DNA from: an uncultured Thermoanaerobaculia bacterium
GTDB lineage: Bacteria > Acidobacteriota > Thermoanaerobaculia > Thermoanaerobaculales > Sulfomarinibacteraceae
Direction: 5' to 3'
Length of the DNA stretch: 64,000 nucleotides
Assembly (NCBI GenBank): GCA_964565045.1
Contig: CAZMED010000001.1
Span: 169 to 64,168, forward strand
Made by a program: the position numbers and the translations under genes. Shown one piece after another: positions 63,943-64,000 of this stretch; position 1 is the stretch's first letter; every line of letters begins with the position of its first letter. Under the pieces are notes generated by a model that had not been told where the DNA came from, did no database searches, and saw nothing but the letters and a program-made list of their open reading frames with translations.

Positions 63943-64000
63943 TCAGATCTGCGTCCTCGGCAACCGCACCCTGAAGATCGTCCCCTCGCCCGGCGCGCTG
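63943..64000 (-). CDS. 3' end of a histidine kinase (HATPase_c tail); N-terminal part outside the window
   Basis: My own minus-strand translation reads ...SAPGEGTIFRVRLPRTQI*, the typical G3-box/C-terminal strand of HATPase_c. Only 19 codons are visible. Confidence 0.6.
   Translation of the reverse strand, partial: SAPGEGTIFRVRLPRTQI

Overview
A 64-kb chromosomal window from a very GC-rich (about 70% by eye) diderm bacterium. TonB/ExbBD, Tat, FtsEX and PpiD are present. The gene content (CarboxypepD_reg+TPR, FecR, PATAN, many TPR proteins) hints at Acidobacteriota or a Myxococcota-like lineage, but the taxon cannot be fixed from sequence alone. The window is almost gene-saturated: I call about 63 CDS and recognised no rRNA, tRNA, CRISPR array, transposase or integrase. 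Most genes are housekeeping: rng-rodA-mrdA-mreDCB (minus strand), ppiD-ruvA, ruvB, cysK, pta-purD-purE, tyrS, fur, bolA, tatA, rlmN, pgeF, ftsEX, yebC-ruvC and accD-folC-dgt-rpiB-glyA. Several non-standard signalling or envelope modules look most worth follow-up. (1) An MglA-type Ras-like GTPase is fused in-frame to a GAF domain and a histidine-kinase core whose H-box histidine is Leu; it lies tail-to-tail with a PATAN/DUF4388 protein. (2) An exbB-exbD-exbD-tonB operon also carries a second PATAN/DUF4388 gene and a TPR gene. (3) A pseudo-receiver / Ser-Thr kinase / TM / Pro-Thr linker / TonB-C-terminal-domain protein. (4) A minus-strand cluster of HK, RR, REC-HK, RR, a PEP-synthase-like phosphohistidine enzyme with a non-canonical C-terminal domain, and a truncated PolX-like PHP protein. 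(5) A CydA-like membrane protein with a C-terminal di-haem c module, divergent from fur. All functional calls come from my own reading of the translations and remembered family motifs; no database search was run. Start codons are best guesses (RBS plus overlap logic). Because of the GC content, many long ORFs in the supplied track are antisense or off-frame artefacts and were rejected.
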